Shown: positions 15,270-30,295 of the stretch, piece by piece | How positions within the stretch are numbered: position 1 is the stretch's first letter | How the letters are laid out: the number at the start of each line of letters is the position of its first letter | Source of the DNA: Octopus sinensis | Lineage: Eukaryota | Assembly (NCBI RefSeq): GCF_006345805.1 | Contig: NC_043005.1 | Coordinates: forward strand, 104,904,001-104,968,000 | DNA: 64,000 nt | Direction of reading: 5' to 3' | Translations under genes and position numbers: made by a program | Notes under the pieces: generated by a model | What the model was told of the DNA's origin: nothing | Database searches by the model: none | What the model saw: the letters and a program-made list of their open reading frames with translations, nothing else

Positions 15270-16172
15270 TGCACGTATGCATGTGTATGTGCAGTATTCG
15301 GAGTCAGTACATGTACAGATTTGCACGTGTTGCTCCGTATTCTCATGCATATAGCTGCATATCTAGACATGCGCATATATACTTAAATGATAAACTTAAG
15401 GAAAGTTCTACAAATTTTACAGCTCCAGTGATGGATTGGATCTGTAGTTTTCGAATCAGCTTTCTCCTTACTGGTTTCAAGAAGCTTAATTTCTCAAGAT
15501 TGGTTTTTAGGTAGTGTGTTATAAATCCCATTGCCCCAATAATTACAGGTATAAACCTGAACTTGCAATCTGGGTAGAGTAACTGCTGGTGTCTCAATAG
15601 TTCAGCGTAGATATTTTCTTCTTCGCTGATCTTTAGCTTTATGTTAACATTCGCTGGGCAGCTGATCTCCACAACTGTGCATAGTTTCTCTTCTCTATCA
15701 CAAATTATTATATGAGGTATATTGTGCTTACATTTTATTGAGAGTCTCACTGGGACATTCCACCAATACTCCTTTTTATTATGAGTGACGATGGCTTCCA
15801 CCATACTGAGGGTTTTTATTTCGTTGTCCTCTGAACTATCCTTCCGACGGATCTGATTATACAGTGTCTTAAATGCAACATCATGTCTCATCAGTAAGTA
15901 ATACTGTGATGACATTATTGCACAGCTGCTTATGATGTGAATGATATCTTCGATATTAATTCCACAAAGTCTGCATCGGTTGTCACATTTTGCTGCATTT
16001 CCTACATCTCTGTCCCTTTTGTTCATCATGTATTTGGTTGATATTTCCTGTTCCTGGATTGCAAACACATACCCTTCAAAGGTGGAGGTAGTAATCCAGT
16101 TGTTGATCCATGATGGACTGCTTTAGTGATCAATGTTACTATCCTCTCGGAGCTTTCTACTAACATATCCAC
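15270..16172 (-). mobile_element. R4/Dong-like (RLE) non-LTR retrotransposon 3' fragment, family R-A
   Basis: ORF 15343-16068: FAIQEQEI...CRLCGINIEDIIHIISSC (CCHC knuckle), RHD, then KHNIPHIIICDREEKLCTVVEISCP (degenerate PD..D endonuclease) and FIPVIIGAMG. Confidence 0.88.
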
Positions 16173-17400
16173 GCACGGCACCACCACCACCACCGTCACC
16201 ACCACCACCACCACCACCAAAACCACCACCACCACAACCACCACCACCGAAATTGCTGGCCTTGTGCCAAAATTTGAAACCGAAATTTAGCTCTCCTGTA
16301 ACACTGACGGACGCTTTTATGATCGCTGACATTCAAGGACTATTACCATCGAAATGTGCCTTTTATAAGAAGAATTTTGTTGCTAATTCTACCAGATAGA
16401 GTAATCACGAAGAGTTTCCATGTGGTGATTGAAGTGGAGGCTATGCTGGTGGCCATGGTTGTGGTGGTACTTGTGGTATCGATGAAGATGTTGACTGCAA
16501 CGTTAGTTGTATTGGTGGTAGTTGAGTTAGTGGTTGTAGTGGGGATCGCGAACGTAAACGTAGCTGTAGTGATAGTTTGTGGTGGCGGTTGTAGTGGTGG
16601 AGGTGGTTGTGGTTAGTCGTACTGGAGTCGATGACAGTGCTAATTAGCATATATCTTCAAAACTTGCCACCACCACCACCACCACCACCACCACCACCAC
16701 CAGAACCACCGCTTCCACCAAAAATAACAATAAAAATCAACAGCCAACCACCACCGAATTAGTATTTAAAAGCAACAAATCATGGCTGCCATGCGTAGTC
16801 AGATGGTGAGATATTAGGAGGACAAGTGAGAGGCTGTATGTGGAGAGAGGTGTATGCTTAGCGTCATGATACAGAGATGAGATAAAGAGGGCCTCTTTGT
16901 GAGTGGAAACGGGAGTGAGGCAAGACGGCAAGGAGGATTATGAACCGCAAGACACTAGTTCACTCATTAGTTTATTTTTACCGATTATCTGGTTTTGTCT
17001 TGATGGTGACGGAAGTGAAGGTCAACGAATGATTGACCTCAGAGGTCAAGACGTCTTCGAATTAACATCGATGTTAAAAGGTTACTTAGAGCATTGTTGA
17101 TAGGCGAAACTCACTGTCGTTACATATATGTCGATTATATATTTATTTATATAAGTATGCATGTACGATTGTTAGCACGTATGCTTGCATGCATGAATGT
17201 GTGTGTATATGTGTATAATCTATACGTGTTCTTATGTATGCGTTTATTTGCATAGTTCTTGATTGATTTATTAATACTTTATGGGGAGCTCCAATGTACG
17301 AATGCTTAATTTTGGGACTTCGTATTTATCATGCGATATAGACTCACCATTAAGCTTCTTTCTATATCCCAGAACATCAACTACTACTACTACTACTACA

Positions 17401-17435
<35 letters not shown>

Positions 17436-17614
17436 CACTACCACTATAGCTGCTGCTGCTGCTACTAATACAACTATTACTACCACTATAGCTGCTACTA
17501 CTACTACTACTACTACTACTACCACTATAGCTGCTGCTACTACTACTACTACTACTACTACTGCTGCTGCTACTACTACTACTACTACTACCACTATAGC
17601 TTCTGCTGCTGCTG

Positions 17615-17654
<40 letters not shown>

Positions 17655-18035
17655 CACTATAGCTGCTGCAGGAACAACAGCAGGTTATGAAAAGAATTGC
17701 AATCATATACATTAAGTTTTGCAAAGGTCAGACACTGCGCGAGTGACTGCTATGAGTTTTCATGGCTCTGCGAGCATCTCGGACGTTCCTCTCTTGTGAC
17801 ACTGTAGGGTCCATCTCTATAGGCACTCGAATTCTAAAAGTTGTCCGTAGCAGAAACAGGCTCCAAAGCACCAGAGTAGACCTGCCAGTTCGTCCTATCC
17901 AATGCCTAGGACAGCATTGTTCTTACTCACTTGTCCTCCATGTGCTGCTAATGTGGAACTTCCACCAAACGAATTGACCGGAGGACAGGGAGCCCCTAAT
18001 GTAATTTCCAATGACAATAACAACAACAACGCTGA

Positions 18036-18120
<85 letters not shown>

Positions 18121-18123
<3 letters not shown>

Positions 18124-18267
18124 AGACAACCTAGAGAGAGTAATCCACGGGGAATTATGTAGAAAGCTAGGATTTGAACATGGTAAATGGGATGAAAATG
18201 AACCTAGTAACCTAGTACTAGGAAATAAGAAATAGAAAATGTTGTGGGACTTTAACATTCAGACTGA
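18121..18267 (+). mobile_element. R4/Dong-like LINE fragment (RLE region), left part, family R-B
   Basis: DNLERVIHGELCRKLGFEHGKW...MLWDFNIQTD; similar at the DNA level to 49490-49630; continues at 19096. Confidence 0.75.
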
Positions 18268-19095
18268 TATATAGAGTACTAGCAGTATTGCCCGGCTCGT
18301 GCGCTCGTGCGTTCTATGCACGCGCGAATTAAGCTAAACTTGGATGAAGTTCAATCAAAATTCAATTATTTTGGTTTTAAAATCAAGCATTTAATGCCCT
18401 CTATTTTTGCGCTTATGTGTTCCATTTCCTCAATAGGAAGTATGTAGAAGCATTTCATAAATTTTTGTTGATCAAATAATTGCATTGTTGAATCATTCTT
18501 TTAGATCAGTATTTCTCAACGGGGATTTCAGGGAGTCGCTGGCGATGTATCATGATGATCAAAAATCCGGCCTGCTAAAATTTGGTTAAAGTGATTCAAA
18601 CTGCAGACTCAACGCAAAATGGTCACATTTAATTCAAAGCGTTAAAAATGTTATGAAAACAATTGGTATGTGTTCACAAAGTCCAAACGATTAATACGAA
18701 AATACCCTCAAGGCTACATCCCGAAAATTCATTTCTTTGCCGAATTTCTACAATGTTTACGGCGATTCATTTTTATATCTCGAATTTTTTATTTTTCATG
18801 TAATTTACGCATGCTTGCATGCGTGGTGAACACAGTTCACGTCAAACAGCTGACTGAGTAAAGTTCACTATTCAATGCATGGGATAAGGCCTAAACAAAC
18901 ACATTATCGATTTTGCGAGATGAATTTCGGAACAGAAATAGCGCAGTTCAATTTTCATTCGCCTAAACTTTAAGTGACCCATTTTTGTGGTTCTACGATT
19001 TGTTGGCTAGGAGCAGATGTGCCGGGAAGTTAAACACACAGACACACACACAGATACACACACAGACACACAAGTTGAGTTTTATATATATAGAT
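18268..19095 (+). mobile_element. Non-autonomous Helitron-like element nested in the LINE
   Basis: Starts atatagagtactagcagtattgcccggctcgtgcgctcgtgcg and ends acacacagacacacaagttgagttttatatatatagat. These termini resemble non-autonomous Helitron/Helentron families. The insert interrupts the LINE between IQTD and IEAKGPD with no evident TSD. Confidence 0.55.
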
Positions 19096-19170
19096 ATAGA
19101 AGCTAAAGGACCTGATTTGGTAGATGTAGATAAAGAGAATAGAAAGTGCCAGATAATCGACATTACAGAA
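19096..19170 (+). mobile_element. R4/Dong-like LINE fragment, right part (RLE PD motif)
   Basis: IEAKGPDLVDVDKENRKCQIIDI continues the 18121-18267 fragment. Confidence 0.7.
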
Positions 19171-19947
19171 GATAAGATATACAGACAAAAAGATGGCTGT
19201 GGATGACTACAAGTGATTTAAATCAGGAAAAAGAGGCTCTAATATGTGCTGCCCAAAAGCAAGCACTAAGAACAAACTACATAAAATACAGAATAGACAA
19301 AATAGCAGAAAGTAGTAAGTGCAGAATCTGTGGAAAATACGGCGAAACCATATGACATATTACCAGCCAATGTACGCCACTAACCCAGAAGGAATATAAG
19401 AGATGCCACGACAATATAGCCAGGCTAGTCCATTGAACACTTTAAGTATGGACTTAACAGAGCAAAAAATTGGTACGACCACAAACCTGAAGGCATCGTC
19501 GAAAATAGAAATGCAAAGATTCTATGGGATCTTATTATTCAGTGAGAACATGAGATTGAGAATAGGAAACCAGATATAGTCTGACTTGAGAAAGAAAACT
19601 AACTATGCTGGATCATAGATATAGCATGCCCAGCTGACAACAAGGTATGCGATAAGGAAGAAATATAAGTTGAGAGATATGAAAGGTTAAAAGTTGTGGT
19701 TGATGAAAAAAGTAGCAGTAGTACCAATATTTGTCGGAGCCCTTGGGATAGTGAGCAAAAATCTAGAGAAGTACGTGGAACAAATAGGGGCTGCAATAAG
19801 GGTGGAGCTCTTGCAGAAAACAGCACTGCTTGGAGTCGCTCGAATACTCCGGAAGGTGCTTGGAAAATAACAGGTGTTTCCTTAGTTCACTGGTTGTGAA
19901 CAGTTGACACTGTAGTACATCTCCAGCGTTAGAAGCTGTGCAAAGGC
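19171..19947 (+). mobile_element. R4/Dong-like LINE 3' end (family R-C) with 3' UTR running into (AAT)n
   Basis: EALICAAQKQALRTNYIK...CRICGKYGETI*HITSQC...KPDIV...WIIDIACP...VPIFVGALG...LQKTALLG.ARILRKVL; stop at 19868-19870; several stops and frameshifts. Confidence 0.88.
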
Positions 19948-20021
<74 letters not shown>

Positions 20022-20073
20022 CAACAAATACAACAACAACAACAATAGTAATAATAATAATAATAATAATAAC

Positions 20074-20111
<38 letters not shown>

Positions 20112-20195
20112 TGATGATGATGATGATAATAATAATAATTATAATGATGATGATGATGATGATAATAATAACAATAATAATAACGATGCTAATGA
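19948..20195. repeat. (AAT)n/(AAC)n/(GAT)n compound microsatellite
   Basis: Direct reading. Confidence 0.95.
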
Positions 20196-20639
20196 TGTCT
20201 GTTTAAAACTGTTTAAATATTGTAAAAGATGACACGTCCCAAATGCGACATGTGTGTGTGTGTGTGTGTGCATGTACGTATGAGCGTGCGAGTTTTTATA
20301 TATCCTACTTCTTCAGTCCTTCATCCTTTCACCCCTACTCCCCTTCCCTTCTTCCCTCTTTCTCCCTCCCTCCTTCCCTCTTCCCCTTCCCTCTGCTCCC
20401 TCACTCCCTCACTCCCCTTCTCTCTCCCTCTTTCCTCCCTCCTCCCCCCTCCTCCCCTTCCTTCTCCCCCTCCTCCCCCCTCCGCTCCTCTTCACCCCTC
20501 TCCTCCCCTCTTCTTCCCCTCCCCTTCTATCCCCCCTCTTCTCCCCCTCCCCCTCTTCTCCTCACTACACCACACGACTTTACACATCACATCATATATG
20601 ATGTGCCATACTAATACATACACCAACTAATACATACTA

Positions 20640-20990
20640 ATACGTACTAATACATACTAATACATACACCAACCCTATACATACACACGTCCAGATCCCT
20701 CATACGCACTTATACTCTCTCATACACACACACACACACTTATACTTACTAATACGTACTAATACATACTAATACATACACCAACCCCATACATACGCAC
20801 GTCCAGACCAATCCTACGCACTAATACTCTCTCATACACACACACCACACACACACACACCACACACACACCCTTATACATACTAATACATACATCAACC
20901 CTATACATACACACGTCCAGACCCCTCCTACGCACTATTAGCTGGTCCTTCAACCCTATTATCAACCCTATTATCAACCCTATTATCTCT
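20640..20990. repeat. ~113-bp minisatellite x~3 followed by (caaccctattat)x3
   Basis: actaatacatacaccaaccc..acgtccaga recurs at 20656, 20768 and 20882. Confidence 0.8.
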
Positions 20991-21121
20991 CCTTATTTCG
21001 CTCTCGCGTCTCATGTTTGATCTTTGACCTCTGGCCGAAATCAGATCGCCATGTTGATTCGTTAGCTACTGCACGCATTTTTTTTCTCTCCTTCTTTCCG
21101 TGTTTTTTTTCTCTCTGTGTA

Positions 21122-21159
21122 TCTTTCTGTTGAAGAGCGTAGGCTCGAAACGTTAAAGA
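21122..21159 (+). ncRNA. Minimal type I hammerhead-ribozyme-like motif (Penelope pLTR type), core-mutated
   Basis: TCTTT-CTGTTGA-A-GAGC(GTAG)GCTC-GAAA-CG-TT^AAAGA: stem I TCTTT/AAAGA, a 4-bp stem II and a minimal stem III. The core has U in place of A6. Confidence 0.55.
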
Positions 21160-21256
21160 CTTGTTTTATTTATATTTCCTGAGCGCCATACTAATACAAT
21201 TGTTCGTTTGTTTTCCACCTGCCTTCGTCTTTTGTCTATTTTCATAAAGCTTCCCG

Positions 21257-21486
<230 letters not shown>

Positions 21487-21523
21487 GCACATATATATAT
21501 ACATGTATATATATATATATACG

Positions 21524-21575
<52 letters not shown>

Positions 21576-22059
21576 GGAGCACTAACCTACAACCGAGTGC
21601 GTATCCGCACCTAACGCTATGACGAAAGTACACAAGGAGCTTGTATAACTGAGTAGGAAGTTGAGACATAGAAGCGACAAGTAGGTCGATCGTTGTACTC
21701 GATGTTTCTGTTATACATACGTATATATATTTATGTCACTGTTCAACGTACTCACTGACATTTCAGTCTGTCTTCTCCTCTTTCTTTCTCACTCTCCTTT
21801 CCTACTCTTTCCCTCTCTCTTTTTCTCTTTCGAAATCTCTGTAATATCTGTATCGTCTATGTCTTCCTATTTCCTCCTTTTTTATATATGCAATATGTCT
21901 GAATGACTGCGTGGAATTAGTTTTGTGTATAAGTATGTATGCATACCTGTATTTATATACTCGTACACACACACACATACACATGCACACGCATACACAT
22001 ACATATAAGTATGTATTTATGTACTCATGCTCGCACACACAAATGCACGCACATACACA

Positions 22060-22093
<34 letters not shown>

Positions 22094-22188
22094 CATACAT
22101 ACATACATACATATATACATATATACATACATACATATATACATACATGCAAGCATATAGGTAGTCAGAAAGCCAGTCAGCCAGCCAG

Positions 22189-22189
<1 letters not shown>

Positions 22190-22264
<75 letters not shown>

Positions 22265-22277
22265 GGATAGATAGATC

Positions 22278-22325
<48 letters not shown>

Positions 22326-22335
22326 GATAGGTATG

Positions 22336-22434
<99 letters not shown>

Positions 22435-22439
22435 GTATG

Positions 22440-22525
<86 letters not shown>
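22190..22525. repeat. (GATA)n microsatellite
   Basis: Direct reading; another long (GATA)n tract at ~33985-34110. Confidence 0.97.
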
Positions 22526-22527
<2 letters not shown>

Positions 22528-22849
22528 GTTTATGCAGAATGAAACTATCTTCACTGCTTCGTTTTCTGAATTTATTTTAACATGATTCATAATTCTAATG
22601 GATATTGACTTTCAGGTCAATGCGATTGTCTGTGCATCTACACGGATGAATGTATGTGTGAATGAGAGTGTCTGTATATATATATATATATGTCTGTGTG
22701 TGTATCTATATGCAAAAGTTTAAATATATCTATGCATGTATTAATGTAATTGTTTGTGTACGTGCGTTTCTGTGTGTGTACATACATATTTGTGTATCTA
22801 TAAATTCATTTATATATCATGTATACATACATACATACACACATCCAAA

Positions 22850-22924
<75 letters not shown>

Positions 22925-23039
22925 GCTTTGTGTGTGTGTATGTGAATAATTTCTTGCGAAGAAAATGATATCTAATACAGACACAGAACTCCATTATTGG
23001 AATGTAGATAAAAACAAAGTCACATTATGAGCTTGAGAA

Positions 23040-24080
23040 AAGTTTTTCATATATTTACTGTTCTGCCTACAGGTTGTATTTGTAAAGTGAATTTGATCTC
23101 TTTTCCAGGAAACCCTAGCTTTTCCAACTTTCCACTAACAAAACCGACTGTACCATTTATTATTAGTATAAATGTACAATTTCAATCTGGGTACAGAAGC
23201 TGAATATTTCGAAACAGTCGTCCGTAGTTATTCTCTTTCTCCTTGATTTTCAAAGAGGTATTCATATAACCAGGGCATCTGAACTCTATGACGGTATATG
23301 CTTTTTCTAGTTTGTCCCAAATAATTATATCCAGTCGGTTATGCTTGCGATTAATAGAAGGTTTTATGAGAATGTACAACCAGTTGATGTCCATGTATGT
23401 ATTCAATTACAAGGCCATTCTCCATGTTTACATCAAAACAATCTTTTACCTCGGATGGCAATGTATATTGTTTTAGCGTCAAAGTCATGCTTCTTTAGGA
23501 AGTAGTAGTTTGATGATATTTTTAAGCAGTTGCTGATCAAATGTGTTACGTCTTCCGCAGAGATGTTACTTAATCATTGCATCTTCATTGCATCTTCAGA
23601 CTCCAATGGCGTCCCTGTTTGCTTTGTTCATTTGATATATTGCAGTGATCTCCTGTTCTTGTATTGCAAACGCATAACTTTCTAAGTGTGTTATGTAGCG
23701 ATCGCAAGTACGTATAAGAAAAACTGCACTTTATGTCGATATTAGAGTCGTCTCCAAGTCTTCGGGAAATATGCGTATGCAAAGTCTTTTTTATATTGAG
23801 CGCTTCACATCCAGGTCTTTTTTCGAGGTATGTTATTCCACTTCTTTAGGAGTAGGGGTTATAGGACCTGTAGCAATGGGCTTACAGGTGCCATACTAAT
23901 ACTTGTGTTGGTCTCATTGTTGGTGTTGACATCATCAAAGGTATTTCTCTTGTTTATAACAAGAAATAAAACAGTCACCTGCAGTGGAGAAATCAGTGTT
24001 TTTACAATAGAAAATGTTCAAAAGGGCATCATTTTTAAACGGTTCTCTGTGCATGCACGTCCGATGTTGACGGTACCATC
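23040..24080 (-). mobile_element. R4/Dong-like LINE fragment, family R-A, heavily decayed
   Basis: RLGDDSNID, FAIQEQEI-like, EDVTHLISNC, KHNRLDIIIWDKLEKAYTVIEFRCP and LFRNIQLLYPD all parallel 15270-16172. Confidence 0.8.
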
Positions 24081-25089
24081 TATTTACGTATGTGTATATG
24101 TATGTACGTATGCATGTATATATGTGTTTGTGTGTGTATGAGCGCGTGCACGCACGAGCGCGTGGTTTGGAGGACAAGAACAAATGTCATAAGCCTTTTC
24201 AAGGTCCCTTTGACTTCTGAGAAGTAAGGAAATTATCATTATACCAGAGATCTGTTTCCAATGGTAGTTTTGTGGTTGTGTTATACCAGGTCACCGATTA
24301 ACGCTATCTACCGTTCAAAAGTGAGTCGCTGTATTTGCTAGAAGTAAGAACCAAAATCAATCTGTTTGAACCATATCGCCATCAAGAAAGAAGAAAACAT
24401 TGCTAAATGTAATTCACTTATACAAATCGACGGCCTCGCCATGGCTGAAATGTCTTAATAAGTCTGTTCAACCAGGGCTGATCGATGACTAAACAAAAAC
24501 ACCAAAACTAAATAAAAACCTCTTTCCGAAAAACTTTCTTACACATTATGTCAAAGAAATGTTACCCACATGACTTTGGTCGATACACGGCACTGGTAAC
24601 AAACACTGGTGCAAGGTAACATGCAGTGGATCGATAACAAATCCGTGTGTTTGCGAAAGAAACTGCAAACCACGCAACCGTATTTTTGTCAACTGTGCAT
24701 GTATGTGTCCCTAAAGTGTCAGACAACCTCCACAATGCTGTATAATGTGCAAGCCATCGATTCCCAAGTGGACTTTGTCGCTTGGTCTGTTGAAAATATC
24801 AGTCGAATATTTTTCACACGATTGTTTTACACGTTTATTCATAGAAACCCTTGCGCAGAACACAGAAAGTAATAACCCCAGGTCAAAGCTAACCTGGGAT
24901 TAAACAACATCAAGTATTCCAGTAACAGCTAAAGGTACTTTCATGCAGATACTTTTTTTTTCATACCGAGGTGTTATTTTCAATATCTGTAAGGATTTGC
25001 CCACGGATTAACGTACAATTGCTTCAAGGTGAGTACATTCGATGTTTGAGTGTGGTGATATCTTTTGTGTGGTGCTATTTATATCAACT

Positions 25090-25310
25090 ACTTAGCACGC
25101 CGGGCGAAATGCTTAGCGGTTTTTCGTCTGCTGTTACGTTCTGAGTTCAAATTTCGCCGAGGTCGACTTTGCCTTTCATCCTTTCGGGGTCGATTAAATA
25201 AGTACAAGTTACGCACGGGGATTGATGTAATAGACTTAATCCGTTTGTCTGTCCTGGTTTGTCCCTTCTGTGTTTTGCTCCTTGTGGGTAGTAAAGAAAT
25301 AGGTATTTAT
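25090..25310 (+). mobile_element. SINE family A
   Basis: ttagcacgccgggcgaaatgcttagcgg...gagttcaaatttcgccgagg...agtaaagaaataggtattt. Confidence 0.88.
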
Positions 25311-26279
25311 ATCAACTACTTTACAGTGTTTAGTAAGTGATTAATGATATTATCCCTATCAGGTTGGATTTAAATTTTCATGAACTGTAAGTAACTATGT
25401 TGTCTGTAAGAATCTCTCAGAATTTCTGCCAAAACTATACAACACTGCTTTGTTAGTGAATCCCGTTTCTCTTTTTAATTATAGCAGAGACTTATCGTTA
25501 CTGAATCGACAAAATTCTTTCTCTTCAGTCATGGCTGCTAGTTTCATTCCGAGTTCAACTCTGACTGAAACTAGCGATTATGAAAACAGTTGCTTTTTTG
25601 TATAATTAGCAATTATGAAAAAAGTTTGCTTTTAATCTTAATTTCTGTTTTCATGTTGTCTCGCACAATGTAGATTACTTTTTTAAAAATTACCTTTTGC
25701 GGCCAAACTGTTTTGGGCGTAATAACTCCAAGGAAGGGTTGATTATTTCCCAACCTTTTTATTTTTCATAAATCTAAGGTGTTTTCTCAATGTGAAAGTC
25801 ATCAGTTTACACAGCATCATTAGGAAGATCTTTGGAATAGATGAAACGTTTTCAATAATTGTAGTTATATACTTTCATAATCGCAATCATTTCTGAATTC
25901 AAACCTCACCTCCTACATTTTACTTTGAATACTTAAGGCACATTACAATAAGTAGCAGGCATATTCAAAATTCCTACAGATAATTGTTTGTCCGCAGCAA
26001 TTTCATCAGTTATGAGGTACGCCTTGTAAAAGGTTATTGGCAATAAATGTGGCTCTTATGCTATCGTTTTTTGACGAACGACTAGATTACGGAGACGTGA
26101 CCAATCCGACACTGGCTGTCAAATACTTATACACATACACACGCACAAATATACATACATATATACATACATATATATATATATATATATAACTTCATTT
26201 TGTTATATATATATATATATATATACATGTATGCATATAAATATATGTATATATGTGTCTGTGTGTTTGTGTGTCTCTG

Positions 26280-26470
26280 TCTGTCCCCCACCATCGCTTG
26301 ACAACCGATGTTGGTGTGTTAAGTCCACGTAATTTAGCGGTTAGGCAGAAGAGACCGATAGAATAAGTGCTACGCTTACAAAGAATAAGTCCTGGGGGCA
26401 ATTTGTTCGACTAAAGGCGGTGCTCCAGTATGGTCGTAGTCAAATGACTGAAACAAATAAAGGAATAAAG
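26280..26470 (+). mobile_element. SINE family B 3' module
   Basis: ccccaccatcgcttgacaaccg...gactaaaggcggtgctccag...gactgaaacaaataaa. Confidence 0.85.
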
Positions 26471-26679
26471 GAATATATATATATATCCCATATGTATGAC
26501 AACGACAATCTTCGATACAGCTTTCATCAGATAAATTCCTTCAGAAGGCATTGGTCGGTCCGGAATTATAGAAGAAGAAACTTGTTCAAGGTACGAAGTG
26601 AACATTTTAAATGCACAGTCATTCGTGTACTTCTCCTAAAGTATTCAAAGAAATGTTCGTACCATCCTATTGCTCCTTT

Positions 26680-26984
26680 ATGGATACACAGATTTCCAGG
26701 ATGTTAACGCGACGATTCATACGAAGAGCCCAAAAGTAAAGTATATCACTTGAATTGGCCCTCACAATCGCCAGATCGCACTAAAATCGAACATTTCCGA
26801 CATATTTTGGAACAGCCAGTGAGGTACCACTTCCATCCACCCATCGTCGATGCAAAAGCTACAGCAGGTTTTACTTGGAAAATGGCTCAAAATTCCTCTA
26901 ATAACTAGTTAGAACCTATACGAGTTAATTCTTCGACATATTAATGCTCTGATTGATGCCAAAAGCGGACGAACAACATATTAA
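26680..26984 (+). pseudogene. Tc1-family transposase C-terminal remnant
   Basis: FQDVNATIHT...LNWPSQSPDRTKIEHF..ILEQ, then after a frameshift KLQQVLLGKWLKIP...INALIDAKSGRTTY*. These match the Tc1 motifs FQxDNAPxH and WPSQSPDLNPIE. Confidence 0.8.
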
Positions 26985-27581
26985 ATAATATAATTTCCAT
27001 TTATTTTGTGCAACTCTAGTATGTGATGTGTTGTGAAGATCTATCTCCAGCGTATCATCATTCGAAAGTTTCCATCAAGTCAATACATCCTAGTCTGCAA
27101 AAGTAGGTTCTAAATTTCGCCAAGGAATTCACCCAAAATAGCTATAAAGAAATCAATATATCTAATTATTTCAGTAAAACTCTGAGTTTTAGACTTCATT
27201 TATTTCTCTTAAAGTCTGACCTTTTCACTAAGTGTTCTCCAACAATTGAAACAGCCATCGTGAGATCGGAGCTATAAAGCTAATAATGTCGGAATGTATC
27301 TCATTCTAGCAATCTTGCAAAAAAGAAAAATACACCTACGCACTCAAACACACTGGTATACATAGACATTTGCGTACATAGATATATATAATTAATTACA
27401 CACACATATACGATTATGAATTCATATACACATATACACTCGTGCATACATAATTACTCAGAACCAGAAGCACCTATGTATGTAATTCTCTTTCTTTCTT
27501 TTCTCATATGTGTGTGTACATCTTTACATGTCACGTGTATAGATATATATGTATATGTAAGTGAGCATATGTAAATGCGCC

Positions 27582-27616
<35 letters not shown>

Positions 27617-28160
27617 ATGTGCATGTATATATATATATGTATATATATACACACACGTGTAGGATGGGGAGTGTATGCACGTATATACACATAAGCACAG
27701 AAAGATACGCATATATGAAAACAAGTGTTCTGACGCATACACAGTATACTTGTACAACTGTGCAGAGAAATGATATGCATGCACAAAAGTGTGCACATAT
27801 AGACATACAACTTCAGTAACACATATACACACTCACGAAACTGCACTGCGAAACAGTAACCTAAATATAAAGAAGCAGACAAACACACACACACATACAC
27901 ACACACACACGAAGGAAATATATGCTTATATATTGATGCTTTCTTACATCCATACACATCACACACAAACATATATGCTCATGTCTTAGATACATAACAA
28001 CAAATTCATGTATGTGTGTGTGTATGTATGTATGTAAATATATGTATGTATAATGTATGTATATATATATATATATATATGTATAATATGTATATGTGTA
28101 TATATATATATAAAAAATATATATATAATATATATATATATATGTATATATAATATATAC

Positions 28161-28202
<42 letters not shown>

Positions 28203-28646
28203 TATATAATATATATATATATAATACATGATAAATCGATGCATACGGACACACATGTATTACATATATATTAATTCATATACGCACACACATATATATA
28301 TGGAAAGAAAGGTGGCAAAAGCACGTATGTTATGTTCTTGCACTTATTTCTGTATTTACGCATATGCATACACACAAAAAACGCACACTTACATACACAA
28401 CACAACACAACACACCAACAAATATATATAGAGATATACTGCTATAAATACAAAGTGTCTGTGTCACCCTATATACATACAAACAAGTGCGCGCCTTTGA
28501 AATATACAAAACAACGTCAAAGCCTCTACTCACAATATTAAAATGGGCGAAGAGGCATATTCTACGACTCACGCAAACACGGATACAAATACTCTCACAC
28601 ACACTCATACGCACGCACGCACACATACACCACACACACACACACA

Positions 28647-28692
<46 letters not shown>

Positions 28693-30243
28693 AATAAATA
28701 TATGCATATGCGAGTGGATATACAAATACATACTTGTTTTTGTATACACATATATCATATATAAATATACATCAATATGGATATACATAGTATGCATGCA
28801 CGCACATATATATATCTATACCTATCTGTCTGTCTGTCTCTCTATCTCTATCTATCTTATAGACATACACACACAGATATATATATGTATGTATATATAT
28901 ATATATATATTATATATAATACTATAATATATATATATATATATATAATATATATATATATTCATATTTATATATACTTGTCAACATACATTTGTATATT
29001 TGTTCAATTTGTTCATATATAAACGTGCGTGAGTGGTGCAAGTGTATTTGAGTAAACATATATTTGTATATGAGTGTATATATATATATATATATATGTA
29101 TATTGATGTATGTAGACTTTTATGTGTATGCGTGTCATAATGTATGAATCTTAAGCCTTCATGTATAGACGCGTGTGAATTGATTTACTTCATAGAAATC
29201 AATACACCTGTCAAACCGAATATCGAGACGCCTAAATACATATATGAAAACTTATAGCGAAATTCATGTAGAAATATACTCATATATATATGTATGTATA
29301 TATATATATATATATATATAATGTATATGTGTGTGTATGTATATATGTATATGTATGTATATGTATATGTATGTATGTATGTTTGTGGTGTGTGTATGTA
29401 TATATATATATATGTATATGCATATACACGTGTGTTTTTGTGTACGTGCGTTCATGTGCATATACATATATCTGTTTTTACATTTTTGTATCTATCTATC
29501 TATCTATCTATCAATCTATATATATATATATAGAGAGAGAGAGAGATAAAGATATAGATAGATACATACATACATACATTTAAATATAGAAATTCGTCAC
29601 ACTTATATGAATAAATATATATGTATGTATGATTGTACATACATACACACTTGCATACATATATACATACTGACAAACAGACAGACATACATGCATACAT
29701 ACATACACGCACATAATCACAAATATACAACAATGTATAATCGTTAGAATATTTCTAAATATTTTTATCACGGAACACGGCTATACACGCATAAATGTTT
29801 ACGTTTTCAAATATACACTAACTTAAATTAACGAATCTTAACGAAGAAGCACATACAGGTGTAGGCGATTACATACATACATACACACATACATACATAC
29901 ATACGTACATGCGTACATACATACATACATGCATACACAGATACATACATACATACATACATACATACATACATACATACATACATACATACATACGTAT
30001 GTACATTTATACGTACATACGTTCATGCGTACGCACATATATGGTATAGGTATGCGTATACACATATATACATACATATGTACACATGTATCTGAGAATA
30101 TTATCTGTGTGTGTGTGTGTATTACACAGACACACACATGCACGCACGCGTATGTATATACTTACAAATATGTGTGGGTGTCTAAGCGTGCAGATACATG
30201 TGTATAAAATTATAAACTTATTTGATAAAATATATATTCTTAT

Positions 30244-30295
<52 letters not shown>

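Noticed and set aside
17271-17724. Poly-T/V/S ORFs, also 39979-40836, 48294-48718 and 54176-54462
   Set aside because: Trinucleotide microsatellites (ACT, AAT, GAT); open in several frames at once.
25975-26015. Minus-strand CTGATGA followed by an AATTG/CAATT stem
   Set aside because: No GAAA or stem III/cleavage triplet after the stem.
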